Below are positions 28,655 to 38,853 of a stretch of DNA of 64,000 nucleotides, piece after piece. Within the stretch, counting starts at the first letter, position 1, and each line of letters starts with the position of its first letter. Source of the stretch: Myxococcota bacterium (GTDB lineage: Bacteria > Myxococcota_A > UBA9160 > UBA6930); assembly GCA_965223415.1 (NCBI GenBank), contig OZ245002.1, forward strand, positions 2,624,001 to 2,688,000, written 5' to 3'. Made by a program: the position numbers and the translations under genes. Below the pieces are notes generated by a model. That model worked only from the letters and a program-made list of their open reading frames with translations. It ran no database searches and was not told the origin of the DNA.

Positions 28655-29503
28655 TCAGCAGCCGGGCCCCTCCAGCCCGGCGGCCCAGGCGATGGCCCCG
28701 GAGAGGAGCGCGCGCATCTCCGGGCGCGCGTAGGCCGCGCCCTGGTGGCCCAGGGCCGAGAAGAGCGTGCGGCCCTTCCCCTGGCAGCGCGACCAGACGA
28801 TCGGGTGGTCCGCCCCCATGCGCAGGTCCTTCTCCATCCAGAGGATGTGGGACTCCGGCGTGTAGCTGCCCTCGTCGACCGTGGCGAGCACCCGGAAGCC
28901 CTTGCCCCGGGGGCTCGCGTCGAAGCTGTACCACTCCTCGACGTGCTGGAAGGTCTCGGGCAGGTCGCGGGTGGCCGGGTGGGTGCGGTCCTCCACGACG
29001 ACCGTTCCCTCCTGGAACTGTGGGCCCATGATGTGGCCGATGAACTGGGCGCCGATCAGCTCCTCCACGTACCAGGCCCAGGCGTAGGAGGGATCGCCGC
29101 CGGCGCCGTGCAGGCCGACGAAGCCGCCGCCGGCCCGGAGCCAGGCCTGGAAGGCCTCCTTCTGCTCCGGGTTCAGGGTGTCGCCGCTGGTGTTGTGCCA
29201 GACGGTCGCGGCGAAGCGGCCCAGGACTTCGGGCGTGAAGGCGGCGCCGCTCTCGGTGTGGAAGAGCGACCAGCCCCGCTCGGCGGCGATGGCCTCGAGC
29301 AGCTCGAGGCCGGCGGGGATCGCCTCCTCGTGCCGGAAGCCGTTGGTCTTGGTGAAGACGAGGATGGCCGGAGAGCCGAGATCCGCGGGCAGCTCGGGCG
29401 GCTCGGTCTCGTAGGTGTTCGAGGGGAAGAAGGCGCGGTAGGCATTGCAGCCGGGGACGGCGAGCAGGCCCAGCGCCAGGAGGAGAGACAGAGTGCGGCG
29501 CAT
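28655..29503 (-). CDS. ThuA-like domain lipoprotein (paralog 1)
   Basis: Lipobox 'VPGC', 'LVFTKTNGFRHEEAI', 'GGFVGLHGA', 'EEWYSF', 'SALGH'. Confidence 0.88.
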   Translation of the reverse strand: MRRTLSLLLALGLLAVPGCNAYRAFFPSNTYETEPPELPADLGSPAILVFTKTNGFRHEEAIPAGLELLEAIAAERGWSLFHTESGAAFTPEVLGRFAATVWHNTSGDTLNPEQKEAFQAWLRAGGGFVGLHGAGGDPSYAWAWYVEELIGAQFIGHIMGPQFQEGTVVVEDRTHPATRDLPETFQHVEEWYSFDASPRGKGFRVLATVDEGSYTPESHILWMEKDLRMGADHPIVWSRCQGKGRTLFSALGHQGAAYARPEMRALLSGAIAWAAGLEGPGC

Positions 29504-29524
29504 GTGCCCTATTCTACGCGGCCC

Positions 29525-30826
29525 ATGAACCAGACGCGCGCCGACTTCCGGACCTCCCGCATCTTCGTGATCGCCACGCTGACGCTCTTCACGGCGGGGC
29601 TCTCGTTCGCGCTGCGGGCGGGCATCGCCGAGACGCTCCGCGATGCCCACCTAGGGGGCTCAGCCGCGCTCTCGGGCCAGCTCCTGGGCATCGCCTTCGG
29701 CGGCTTCGCCCTCACCCTGTTCCTCGGCAGCGCCTTCCTCGAGAAGATCGGAATGGGGCGGGGCCTCGTGATCTCGGCCAGCGCCTTCGCGCTGGGCACC
29801 CTCCTCACGATCGCCGCGCCGAGCTTCGCGGGCGGCGGGGTCTTCGACTGGCTGTGGGCGGGCTTCCTGCTCTCCGGCCTGGGCTGGGGCTTCATGGAGG
29901 CGACGGTGAACCCGCTCGTCACCGCGCTCTACCCGGAGGACAAGATCCACCGGCTCAACGTGGTCCACGCCTGGTGGCCGGCGGGGATCATCGTCGGCGG
30001 TCTCCTCGAGGTGGGCATGGACGCCCTCGGACTCGGCTGGCGGGCGCGCTTCGGCATGGTGATCGTGCCGGCGGTGGCCGCGGTGGTGCTGTGCGTCGGC
30101 GTCCACTTCCCGCGCACCGAGCGCGCGGCCGCGGGCGTCTCGATGGGCGACATGTTCCGCGAGATCCTCCGCCAGCCGATGTTCATCGTGTGGTGGCTCT
30201 GCATGTTCCTCACCGCCGCGTCGGAGCTCGCGCCGGGGCAGTGGATCGACCTCACGTTGACGCGCACGATCGGCATGCGCGGCATCTGGCTGCTCATCTA
30301 CGTCAGCGGGATGATGTTCGTGCTGCGCCACTTCGCCGGGCCCATCGCCCACCGCATCTCGACCACGGCCATGCTGTGGGGCTCGGCGGTACTCGCCTTC
30401 CTCGGCCTGCTGGCCCTCGCACGGGTCGACTCCCCGGTCACGGCAATCGCCGCAGCCACGATCTGGGGCCTCGGCGTCTGTTTCCTATGGCCGACCATGC
30501 TGGCGAACGTGTCCGAGCGCTTCCCGCGCGGCGGCGAGTTCCTGATCGGCCTGATGGGCGTGGCCGGTGCACTCGCGATCCAGTTCGTGCTGCCGGCCCT
30601 CGGCGCCGTCTTCGACCGCTCCGCCCGCGACGCCGCCGGCGGCGAGGCGGCCTTGGGCGCCCTCGAAGGCGAAGCCCTCACCGAGATCCTGCGCAGCGCT
30701 GCCGCCACCTCCTTCCAGACCCTGGCCATCCTGCCGGCCATCCTGATCGTGGTCTTCGGCGTGCTCTTCGCCATCGACCGCGTGCGGGGCTATCAGCCGG
30801 TGCAGCTCGAATCGGCGGGCGAGTAG
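29525..30826 (+). CDS. MFS transporter
   Basis: About 12 TM segments; 'GFMEATVNPLV..LYPEDK..RLNVVHAWWP', 'WPTML..VSERFPRGG'. Confidence 0.9.
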   Translation: MNQTRADFRTSRIFVIATLTLFTAGLSFALRAGIAETLRDAHLGGSAALSGQLLGIAFGGFALTLFLGSAFLEKIGMGRGLVISASAFALGTLLTIAAPSFAGGGVFDWLWAGFLLSGLGWGFMEATVNPLVTALYPEDKIHRLNVVHAWWPAGIIVGGLLEVGMDALGLGWRARFGMVIVPAVAAVVLCVGVHFPRTERAAAGVSMGDMFREILRQPMFIVWWLCMFLTAASELAPGQWIDLTLTRTIGMRGIWLLIYVSGMMFVLRHFAGPIAHRISTTAMLWGSAVLAFLGLLALARVDSPVTAIAAATIWGLGVCFLWPTMLANVSERFPRGGEFLIGLMGVAGALAIQFVLPALGAVFDRSARDAAGGEAALGALEGEALTEILRSAAATSFQTLAILPAILIVVFGVLFAIDRVRGYQPVQLESAGE

Positions 30827-30829
30827 GGG

Positions 30830-31681
30830 TCAGGAGCAGGCGAGGCCTTCCTCGCCGAGGGCCCAGACGAGGGAGCCTTCCATCAGGTCCTGGAGCTCCG
30901 GGACCTGGTAGGCGGCGGCCTGGTGGCCGAGGGCGTTGTAGAGGACGCGGCCCTTTCCGATGCACGTGGTCCAGACGATCGGGTGGTCGTCGCCCATGCG
31001 CAGGTCCTGGTCCATCCACAGGAAGTTGATCTCGGGGCTGTAGGTGCTCTCGTCGACGCGGGCCAGGACGCGGAAGCCCTTCGTGCGGGGGCTCTCGGCG
31101 AAGGAGTACCACTCCTCCAGGTGGGTCATCCGCTCGGGCAGCTTCGCGGTGGCGGGGTGGTCGCGGTCCTCGACGATGAGCGTGGCCTCCTGGAATTGCG
31201 GGCCCAGGGGATGCTGGCCGTAGTCGACGCCGATGATCGTCCGGCGGTACCAGGGCCATGTGTGGGAGCCATCGCCGGCGGCGTGGGTGCCGACCCAGCC
31301 GTGGCCGGCCTCCAGCCAGGCCTTGAACGTGGCCTTCTGCTCCTCGTTCAGGACGTCGCCGCTGGTGACGTGCCAGACCACGGCGTCGAAGCGGTCGAGC
31401 ACCCCCGGATTGAAGACGGCGCCGTTCTCGGTGTGGAAGACCGACCAGCCGCGGCGGGCGGCGATCTCCTCGATGAGCGCGACGCCGGCCGGGATCGCCT
31501 CCTCGTGGCGGAAGCCGTTGGTCTTGGTGAAGACCAGGATCGCCGGCGAGCCGAGATCCGCGGGCAGGCTGGGCGGCTCGGTCTCGTACTCGACCTTCGG
31601 GAAGATCGCCCGCCAAGCGCCGCACCCGCCGAGGAGCAGCCCGACCGCGATGCAGGCGCCGAGGACGCGCAGCGTCGCCAT
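30830..31681 (-). CDS. ThuA-like domain lipoprotein (paralog 2)
   Basis: Lipobox 'LGGC'; same motifs as 28655-29503. Confidence 0.88.
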   Translation of the reverse strand: MATLRVLGACIAVGLLLGGCGAWRAIFPKVEYETEPPSLPADLGSPAILVFTKTNGFRHEEAIPAGVALIEEIAARRGWSVFHTENGAVFNPGVLDRFDAVVWHVTSGDVLNEEQKATFKAWLEAGHGWVGTHAAGDGSHTWPWYRRTIIGVDYGQHPLGPQFQEATLIVEDRDHPATAKLPERMTHLEEWYSFAESPRTKGFRVLARVDESTYSPEINFLWMDQDLRMGDDHPIVWTTCIGKGRVLYNALGHQAAAYQVPELQDLMEGSLVWALGEEGLACS

Positions 31682-31682
31682 G

Positions 31683-32459
31683 TCAGCCTCCGAAGCGGTG
31701 GCCGGCGGTGTAGCCGCCGTCCACCGGTAGGGTCACGCCGGTGACGAAGCTGGCCTCGTCCGAGGCCAGGAAGAGCGCTGCGTTCGCGATCTCCCTGGGC
31801 GTGCCGAAACGGCCGAGCTGGTGCGCCTCGCGGATCTGCTCCTGCATCACCTGGGTGCCCTCGATCTGGAAGACCGACCGCAAGAGCGGCGTGTCAATGA
31901 AGCCCGGGCAGATCACGTTCACGCGGATGCCACTGCGCGCGTAGTCGATCGCCATGTTCTTGGTCAGCAGCACGACGGCGCCCTTCGAGGCGTTGTAGGC
32001 GCTGCCGCCCATGAAGCCCTCGATGCCCTCGACGCTGGCGATGTTGATGATGCTGCCGCCGCCGCCCTCGAGCATCACGGGCAGGGCGGCCTTGTTGGAC
32101 AGGAAGGTGCCCTTGATGTTGACGTCCATGGTGTGGTCCCAGGCTTCCTGCTCGAGCATGTGGACCATTCCGCCGCCGGCCACGCCCGCGGAGTTCACGA
32201 CCACGTCGATGCCGCCGTGCTCCGCCTTCACCTGGGCTACCACCTCGTGGAGCCGCGCCTCGTCGCGCACGTCGCCGCTGACGAGGGTCGCCCGGGACGC
32301 CAGCCGCGTCGCCTCCTCCCAGTCCGGCTCCGGCTTGTCCTGGAGGTCGAAGCCCGCGAGGGCCGCGCCCTCCTGCGCCATGCGCAGGGCGCAGGCGGCC
32401 CCGATCCCCGATGCCGCGCCGGTGATGAACGCGACCTTGCCTTCGAGCCGTCCCGACAT
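31683..32459 (-). CDS. Short-chain dehydrogenase/reductase
   Basis: 'ITGAASGIG', 'NSAGV', 'YNASKG', 'ICPGFIDT', 'VDGG'. Confidence 0.94.
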   Translation of the reverse strand: MSGRLEGKVAFITGAASGIGAACALRMAQEGAALAGFDLQDKPEPDWEEATRLASRATLVSGDVRDEARLHEVVAQVKAEHGGIDVVVNSAGVAGGGMVHMLEQEAWDHTMDVNIKGTFLSNKAALPVMLEGGGGSIINIASVEGIEGFMGGSAYNASKGAVVLLTKNMAIDYARSGIRVNVICPGFIDTPLLRSVFQIEGTQVMQEQIREAHQLGRFGTPREIANAALFLASDEASFVTGVTLPVDGGYTAGHRFGG

Positions 32460-32474
32460 GTCTGCTCCCTCGCC

Positions 32475-34169
32475 TCACCCGCCTCGCAGGACGTGGCCGG
32501 GCAAGGCGCCGCTGGCCTCGCCCTCTTCCATGACGATCTCGCCGTTCACGATCGTCGCCGTGTAGCCCTTTGCGTCCACCACGTAACGCTCCGTCTCGGC
32601 CGGGAAGTCCCGGACCAGCCGGGGCGTTCCTGCGGCGAGCCGTTCCGGGTCGAAGACGACGACGTCGGCAAAGGCTCCCTCGCGGAGGAAGCCGCGGCCT
32701 TCCAGGGAGTGGACGGTCGCGGGCATGCCCGAGAGCCGCCACACCGCCTGCTCGAGGCTCAGGGTCTCGGGCACCCAGTCCGTGAGCAGCCGCGTCGTGT
32801 AGTCGGCGCCGACGAACGAGACCAGGTGCGCGCCGCCGTCGCTCGAGCCCGCCATCACGTTCGGATCCTCGATGCCGGACTTCACGACCTGGTGGATGAA
32901 CTGCTCGGCCACCTCGCTCGAGCGGACCTGCCAGGAGGTCTCGAGCTCCTCGGCGAGGGACAGGTCGAAGAAGGTGTCGAGGGGGTCGGCGCCGCGCTCG
33001 GCGGCGAGCTCCTCCACGCTCTTCCCGATCCAGGCGCGGTTCGCCTCGTCGCGCACGTCCTCCACTTCGAGCCCGTCCCAGCCCAGCACGACCGCGCGCT
33101 GGCCCTCGCTCTCCCAGTCGGCGCGAAGCCGCTCGCGGACTTCCGGCTCCCGAAGCAGCCGGGAGCGCTCGGGCTCCGGGCGGGTGAGCACGTCGCGCCA
33201 CGCGGGCATCTCGTCCAGGGCGAAGGTGTCGGAGAGCTTGAGGTGCAGGCCCATGGTGTTGGTGGTGAACTGCGGGTGCAGGCGGGCGCCCCGGGCGTTC
33301 GCCTCTCTGCAGAACTCGAGGGTCTGCTGCCAGCTCATCGGATTCTGGGGGGTCGGCAGCAGCAGGTTGAGCTCGATCGGCCGGCCGGACACGCGGTACA
33401 TCTCGAGGATGAGCTCCCGGTCCTTGGCGTCGTAGCCCTCGCCGAACGAGCGCGGGATGATCTCGAGAGCGCCACGCTCGAACTCGGCCAGCACCGAGGA
33501 CAGCGCGAGGATCTCCTCGGCGGAGGCGTGATTGCTCGGCACCTCCCGGCCGTCCTCGGCCACGTGGATGTCGAGCTGGGAGGTGGAGAAGCCGATCGCC
33601 CCCTCGCGCAGGCTCTGGCGCACCAGCTCCTGCATGGCGGCGACTTCCTCCGGCGTGGCCTCGCGCTCGGACGCGTCGTCGCCCATCACGAAGCGGCGCA
33701 CGGCGCAGTGGCCGACGAAGCTGCCGACGTTCACGCCGAGGTTTCCGTCGAAGCGCTTCCAGTAGTCGCCGAAGCTCCCGCCCTGGAAGCGCAGGCCCTG
33801 GGCGAGGGCCTCCTTCGACATGCCCTCGACGCGGGAGAGCATGCTGGCCAGCCAGGGGACGTCCTCGGGCTTCGAGGGCGCGAGGGTGAAGCCGCAGTTG
33901 CCGGCCAACACCGTCGTGACGCCGTGCCAGCAGGAGGGCGTCGCCAGCGGATCCCAGTCGAGCTGGACGTCGTAGTGGGTGTGGACGTCGATGAAGCCCG
34001 GCGCCACGACGAGGCCCTCGGCGTCGATCTCCCGGGCGCCGCGCTCCTCGACCCGCCCGATCTTCGCGATGCGGTCGCCGCAGATCGAGACGTCCGCCGT
34101 GTAGGAGGGCAGGCCCGTACCGTCGACGACGCGCCCGCCCCGGATCACCAGGTCCACTGCCATGGCCAC
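32475..34169 (-). CDS. N-acyl-D-amino-acid deacylase-like amidohydrolase
   Basis: 'PGFIDVHTHYD', 'GVTTVLAGNCG', 'SDGGAH', 'ADVVVFDP'. Confidence 0.92.
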   Translation of the reverse strand: MAMAVDLVIRGGRVVDGTGLPSYTADVSICGDRIAKIGRVEERGAREIDAEGLVVAPGFIDVHTHYDVQLDWDPLATPSCWHGVTTVLAGNCGFTLAPSKPEDVPWLASMLSRVEGMSKEALAQGLRFQGGSFGDYWKRFDGNLGVNVGSFVGHCAVRRFVMGDDASEREATPEEVAAMQELVRQSLREGAIGFSTSQLDIHVAEDGREVPSNHASAEEILALSSVLAEFERGALEIIPRSFGEGYDAKDRELILEMYRVSGRPIELNLLLPTPQNPMSWQQTLEFCREANARGARLHPQFTTNTMGLHLKLSDTFALDEMPAWRDVLTRPEPERSRLLREPEVRERLRADWESEGQRAVVLGWDGLEVEDVRDEANRAWIGKSVEELAAERGADPLDTFFDLSLAEELETSWQVRSSEVAEQFIHQVVKSGIEDPNVMAGSSDGGAHLVSFVGADYTTRLLTDWVPETLSLEQAVWRLSGMPATVHSLEGRGFLREGAFADVVVFDPERLAAGTPRLVRDFPAETERYVVDAKGYTATIVNGEIVMEEGEASGALPGHVLRGG

Positions 34170-34247
34170 CTCCTGGGGGGCCGATCATACAACCGGGCGC
34201 GACCGGCTGCCGCCGCGGCCCACGGCGGGGCGCGATATCCTGCCGCC

Positions 34248-35324
34248 GTGGACGAAGAAGAGCGGGATCTGCGGGGACCCCTCGAGGGCTGGCTGAACGA
34301 GCACCTGGAGGGCGCCCTGGACGTGCGGGTCGGCGAGCTCGCGGCCCACGGGAGCGGCTACTCGGCGGAGACGATCGTCGTGCCGCTTCGCCTGCGACGC
34401 GGCGGCGCGGCGCGCGAAGAGAAGGTCGTGCTGCGTCTCGAGTGTCCGGAGCCGGCCATCTACCCGGCCCAGGCGCCGGGCCTCGACGTGGAGATCGAGA
34501 TCCAATACCGCGCCATGCAGGCGCTGGCGTGCCACACCGAGGCCCCGCTCGCTCCGCTGCTCGGCCTCGAGCGGGATCCGGCGGTGCTCGGGCAGCCCTT
34601 CTTCGTGATGGGGTTCGTCGAGGGCGAGGTGCCGGTGGTGAACCCGGCCTACACGCGAGAGGGGTTCTTCGCCGACGCCGCGCCGGAGGAGCGCCGGCTC
34701 ATGATCGAGACCGGCATCCAGGCGATGGCACAGGTCCACGCCGCGGATTGGAAGCGGGCCGGCTTCGACTGGCTGGTGCCGTCGGGCGGGACGCCGGGCA
34801 CGAAGGCGCAGCTCGAGCTCTGGGAGGCCTTCGCGCGCCGCGAGCTGGGCGAGCGCGTGCATCCGCTCCTCGATCGCGCCTTCGAGTGGCTGCACGCGGA
34901 GCTTCCGGAGGACGGCGAGCTCGCAGTGAGCTGGGGCGACGCGCGGCCGGGCAACATCATCTATCGCGATTTCCGTCCCGCCTGCCTCACCGATTTCGAG
35001 AACATCGCCGTCGCCCCGCCCGAGCTCGACCTCGGCTGGTGGCTGATGTTCGACTGGACCATGCACGAGGCCGAAGACCTGCCGCGTCTTCCGGGCGAGC
35101 CGACCCGCGAGGAGCAGCGCGAGCTCTACGCGAAGGCCTCGGGCCGTGAGCTCCGCGACGTCGCCTACCACGAGGTGCTCGCCGCCGCGCGCTACTGCGC
35201 CATCGTCGTGCGCGTCACCAACCGCTACGTCGACCGCGGCCTCTTCCCCGCCGACCACGGCGTCTGGCTCGACAACCCGCCGGCCAAGGTGCTGGCCCTG
35301 ATGCTCGACGAGCGAGGGATCTGA
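34248..35324 (+). CDS. Aminoglycoside-phosphotransferase-family kinase
   Basis: 'GYSAET', 'PFFVMGFVEG', 'WGDARPGNI', 'DFE', 'DLGWW'. Confidence 0.88.
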   Translation: MDEEERDLRGPLEGWLNEHLEGALDVRVGELAAHGSGYSAETIVVPLRLRRGGAAREEKVVLRLECPEPAIYPAQAPGLDVEIEIQYRAMQALACHTEAPLAPLLGLERDPAVLGQPFFVMGFVEGEVPVVNPAYTREGFFADAAPEERRLMIETGIQAMAQVHAADWKRAGFDWLVPSGGTPGTKAQLELWEAFARRELGERVHPLLDRAFEWLHAELPEDGELAVSWGDARPGNIIYRDFRPACLTDFENIAVAPPELDLGWWLMFDWTMHEAEDLPRLPGEPTREEQRELYAKASGRELRDVAYHEVLAAARYCAIVVRVTNRYVDRGLFPADHGVWLDNPPAKVLALMLDERGI

Positions 35325-35326
35325 AG

Positions 35327-36211
35327 ATGGGACAGCCCGTGATCCTCGAGGTGGCGCTGAATGGGGTCACGACCCGGGAGCAGAACGCGACGGCGCCGGT
35401 GGAGCCGAAGCAGATCGCGGAGGATGCGCTGCGCTGCCTCGGGGCGGGCGCGGCGATCATCCACACCCACAGCGACCGGCCCCAGGCCCCGCCCCGGGAC
35501 GCGGCGGATCGCTACCTCGAGGCCTACCGCCCGATCCTCGAGCAGCGGCCCGACGCCATCCTCTATCCGACCGTCGGTTTCGGCGGCGACCGAGCCCAAC
35601 GCTTCGATCACCAGGTGCACCTCGCGGAGGCCGGCGCGATCCGCCAGGGCATCCTCGACCCGGGCTCGGTGAACCTGGGCGCGACCGGGCCCGACGGCTG
35701 GCCGGTGGCCATGGACTTCGTCTATGCGAACACGCCGACGGACATCCGGCGCATGGCAGAGATCTGCGAGGCGCAGCGGCTCGGGCCGAGCATCGCCATC
35801 TTCGAGCCCGGCTTCCTCCGCGTCATCGCCTCGGCGGCGCGGGCCGGCGCCCTGCCCCCCGGCGCCCTCGTCAAGTTCTACTTCAGCGCCGGCGGCTACC
35901 TGGGCGGCGGCGAGCCGATCTTCGGTCCGCCGCCGATCCGCGAGGCCCTCGACCTCTACCAGGCGATCCTCGGCGAGACCGACGTGCCCTGGGCGATCGC
36001 CGTCCTGGGAGGCTCCGTCTTCGACACGGAGATCGCCGATCTCGCCCTGGAGCGCGGCGGGCACCTTCGCGTGGGACTCGAAGACGCCGCCCAGGCGGAG
36101 AGCAACCTCGCAGAGGTGGAGCGGGCGGCCTCCCTGGCCGCGGCCCGCGGCCGGCGCCTCGCGACCACCGCCGAGACCGCGGAGCTGCTGGGCCTCCCGC
36201 GAACCGCCTGA
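35327..36211 (+). CDS. Beta-keto acid cleavage enzyme (BKACE/DUF849)
   Basis: 'EVALNG', 'GAAIIHTH', 'GGHLRVGLED'. Confidence 0.9.
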   Translation: MGQPVILEVALNGVTTREQNATAPVEPKQIAEDALRCLGAGAAIIHTHSDRPQAPPRDAADRYLEAYRPILEQRPDAILYPTVGFGGDRAQRFDHQVHLAEAGAIRQGILDPGSVNLGATGPDGWPVAMDFVYANTPTDIRRMAEICEAQRLGPSIAIFEPGFLRVIASAARAGALPPGALVKFYFSAGGYLGGGEPIFGPPPIREALDLYQAILGETDVPWAIAVLGGSVFDTEIADLALERGGHLRVGLEDAAQAESNLAEVERAASLAAARGRRLATTAETAELLGLPRTA

Positions 36212-36255
36212 AGAGCAACCGGGCTACCATCGCCGGCCCGGCCCGAGGAGGACCC

Positions 36256-37983
36256 ATGCTCGACGTGCGCATCGACGGTGGAACGATCATCGACGGAACC
36301 GGAGCGCCCGGCCGCGACGCCTCGGTCGGCCTCCGCGACGGCCGGGTCGTGGCCGTGGGCGAGGTGGTCGAGGACGCGCGGCAGGTCTTCGACGCCGCCG
36401 GCAGGATCGTCTGCCCGGGCTTCGTCGACGTGCACACCCACTACGACGCCCAGGCCTTCTGGGACGGCACGCTCTCCCCCTCCCTCTACCACGGCGTCAC
36501 CACGGTGGTCGGCGGAAACTGCGGCTTCAGCATCGCGCCCCTCGTCCCCGAGGCCGGCCCCTACCTGATGCGGATGCTCGCGCGGGTCGAGGGCATGCCC
36601 CTCGAGAGCCTCGAGGCCGGCGTGCCCTGGGATTGGAGTGGCTTCGGCGAGTACCTCGGCAAGCTGGAGGGGCGGCTCGCCGTGAACGCCGGCTTCATGG
36701 TCGGGCACTCGGCCGTGCGCCGGGTGGTGATGGGCGAGCGCGCCGTCGGCGAGGAGGCCAGCGAAGAAGAGCTCGAGCAGATGATCGCCCTCCTGCAGCG
36801 ATCGATCCGCGAGGGCGGGCTCGGCTTCTCCTCCTCCGTGGCGCCGACCCACAACGACGGCGAAGGCCACCCGGTGCCGTCCCGCCACGCCAGCCGCGAG
36901 GAGCTGGTGGCGCTGGCCGGCGCGATCCGCGATCTGCCGGGCACGGCACTGGAGTTCCTCCCTGGCGTCGGCCAGTTCACCGACGAGCAGAAGCAGTTGA
37001 TGACGGACCTCTCCCTCGCCGCGAACCGTCCGCTCAACTGGAACCTGCTCGCACCGAGCTCCCAGAACCCCGACATGGTCGAGGCGCAGCTCTCGGCGGG
37101 GGACTACGCCGCGGATCGCGGCGCGACAGTCGTCGCCCTCACGGTGCCCCAGACTCCGACGGTGCGTCTCAACCTGGTATCGGGCTTCGTCCTCGACGCG
37201 CTGCCCGGTTGGGCCGAGCTGTTCCGGCAGCCGGTCGAGGAGCGCAAGCGGCGGCTCCGGGATCCCGCCTACCGCAAGCAGCTCGACGAGGGCGCGAACT
37301 CGGAGGGCGCCGGCCTGCTCCGCGGGCTGGCCGCCTGGGAGCGCATGGTCGTCGACCAGGTGCACGCGCCCGAGAACGAGAAGCACAGGGGCCGCAGCAT
37401 CGGCGAGATCGCCTCGGAAGAGGGCAAAGCCCCCTTCGACTGCATGCTCGACATGGCCCTGGCCGACGACCTGCACACCTCCTTCATGCCGAGCTTCGGC
37501 GAGGACGACCAGGCGACCCGGGAGCTGCGCGCCCAGGTGTGGAAGGACCCGCGGGCGGTGATCGGCGCCTCCGACGCCGGCGCACATCTCGACATGATCG
37601 ATACTTTCGCCTTCTCGACGAAGGTGCTGGAAGCGGTGCGGCGGGACGGGCTCATCTCCTGGGAGGAGGCGATCCACCAGCTCACCGACGTGCCGGCGCG
37701 CCTGTACGGCATGAAGCGGCGCGGCCGGCTCCAGGAGGGCTGGCACGGCGACGTGGTCGTGTTCGATCCGGAGACCGCCGCCAGCGGTCCCGTCCATACC
37801 CGCTTCGACCTGCCGGGGGACGCGGGGCGGCTCTACGCCGACGCCGTCGGCGTAGAGCACGTGTTCGTGAACGGCACGGAGATCGCGGGCGACAACGACC
37901 ACACGGGCGCCCTGCCCGGCACCGTCCTGCACCCCGGCCGCGACACCGACACGGTGGAGGTTCCCGGCGGACGCCGGGCCTAG
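36256..37983 (+). CDS. N-acyl-D-amino-acid deacylase-like amidohydrolase
   Basis: 'PGFVDVHTHYD', 'GNCGFS', 'SDAGAH'. Confidence 0.92.
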   Translation: MLDVRIDGGTIIDGTGAPGRDASVGLRDGRVVAVGEVVEDARQVFDAAGRIVCPGFVDVHTHYDAQAFWDGTLSPSLYHGVTTVVGGNCGFSIAPLVPEAGPYLMRMLARVEGMPLESLEAGVPWDWSGFGEYLGKLEGRLAVNAGFMVGHSAVRRVVMGERAVGEEASEEELEQMIALLQRSIREGGLGFSSSVAPTHNDGEGHPVPSRHASREELVALAGAIRDLPGTALEFLPGVGQFTDEQKQLMTDLSLAANRPLNWNLLAPSSQNPDMVEAQLSAGDYAADRGATVVALTVPQTPTVRLNLVSGFVLDALPGWAELFRQPVEERKRRLRDPAYRKQLDEGANSEGAGLLRGLAAWERMVVDQVHAPENEKHRGRSIGEIASEEGKAPFDCMLDMALADDLHTSFMPSFGEDDQATRELRAQVWKDPRAVIGASDAGAHLDMIDTFAFSTKVLEAVRRDGLISWEEAIHQLTDVPARLYGMKRRGRLQEGWHGDVVVFDPETAASGPVHTRFDLPGDAGRLYADAVGVEHVFVNGTEIAGDNDHTGALPGTVLHPGRDTDTVEVPGGRRA

Positions 37984-37992
37984 GGGAGGACC

Positions 37993-38850
37993 ATGAAGGA
38001 CCTGAGCTGCTTCGACGTCGACCTCAAGGACCACGTGGCCCACGTGAGGCTCTCGCGGCCCGAGGCCCTGAACAGCATGAACCGCGCCTTCTGGCGCGAG
38101 CTCCCCGCCCTCGTCGACGAGCTGGACGCGGAGGCCCTTGCCCGGGTGATCGTGCTGTCCTCCACCGGGAAGCACTTCACCGCGGGCATGGACCTTGCGG
38201 TCTTCCAGGGCGTCGGCCAGGGACCGGTCGGCGGCGAGACCGAAGCGCGGGAGATGGGTCGCCTGCGCGCCACCACCCGCGAGAGCGTCTTCGTCTTCCA
38301 GGAGGCCTTCAACGCCCTGGAGCGCGCGCGCATGCCGGTGATCGCCGCGGTCCAGGGCGGTTGCGTGGGCGGCGGCGTCGACATGATCAGCGCCTGCGAC
38401 ATGCGCTACTGCACCGAGGACGCCTTCTTCTGCATCCAGGAGATCAACCTGGGGCTCACCGCCGACGTCGGCACCCTCCAGCGGCTCCCGAAGCTCGTCC
38501 CGGAGGGGGTGGCCCGCGAGTACGCCTACACCGGCCGGCGCATGTCCGCCCAGCGGGCCCTCGAGATCGGCCTCGTGAACCAGGTTTACCCGACCCAGGA
38601 CGCCATGCTCGCCGACGTGCTCGCGATCGCCGGGGAGATCGCGGAGAAGTCCCCGCTGGCCGTGTGGGGCTCGAAGGAGATGCTCAACTACACGCGGGAC
38701 CACAGCGTGCAGGAGGGGCTCCAGCACATCGCCACCTGGCAGTCGGGCATGTTCTTCGGCCAGGACATGGCGGAGGCCTTCCAGGCGAAGCAGGAGCAGC
38801 GCAAGCCCCGCTTCGAGGGCCTGCCGCGGCGCTACCGCCTTCCGGAGTAG
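37993..38850 (+). CDS. Crotonase/enoyl-CoA hydratase family (dienoyl-CoA isomerase-like)
   Basis: 'HFTAGMDL', 'GGCVGGGVD', 'EINLGLTADVGTLQRLP'. Confidence 0.92.
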   Translation: MKDLSCFDVDLKDHVAHVRLSRPEALNSMNRAFWRELPALVDELDAEALARVIVLSSTGKHFTAGMDLAVFQGVGQGPVGGETEAREMGRLRATTRESVFVFQEAFNALERARMPVIAAVQGGCVGGGVDMISACDMRYCTEDAFFCIQEINLGLTADVGTLQRLPKLVPEGVAREYAYTGRRMSAQRALEIGLVNQVYPTQDAMLADVLAIAGEIAEKSPLAVWGSKEMLNYTRDHSVQEGLQHIATWQSGMFFGQDMAEAFQAKQEQRKPRFEGLPRRYRLPE

Positions 38851-38853
38851 GGC

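Noticed and set aside
28613..29524. N-terminal extension of the MFS ORF
   Set aside because: Antisense to the ThuA-like gene
31821..34247. Apparent 800-aa N-terminal extension of the kinase ORF
   Set aside because: Overlaps the antisense SDR and deacylase genes; the real start is likely GTG 34248
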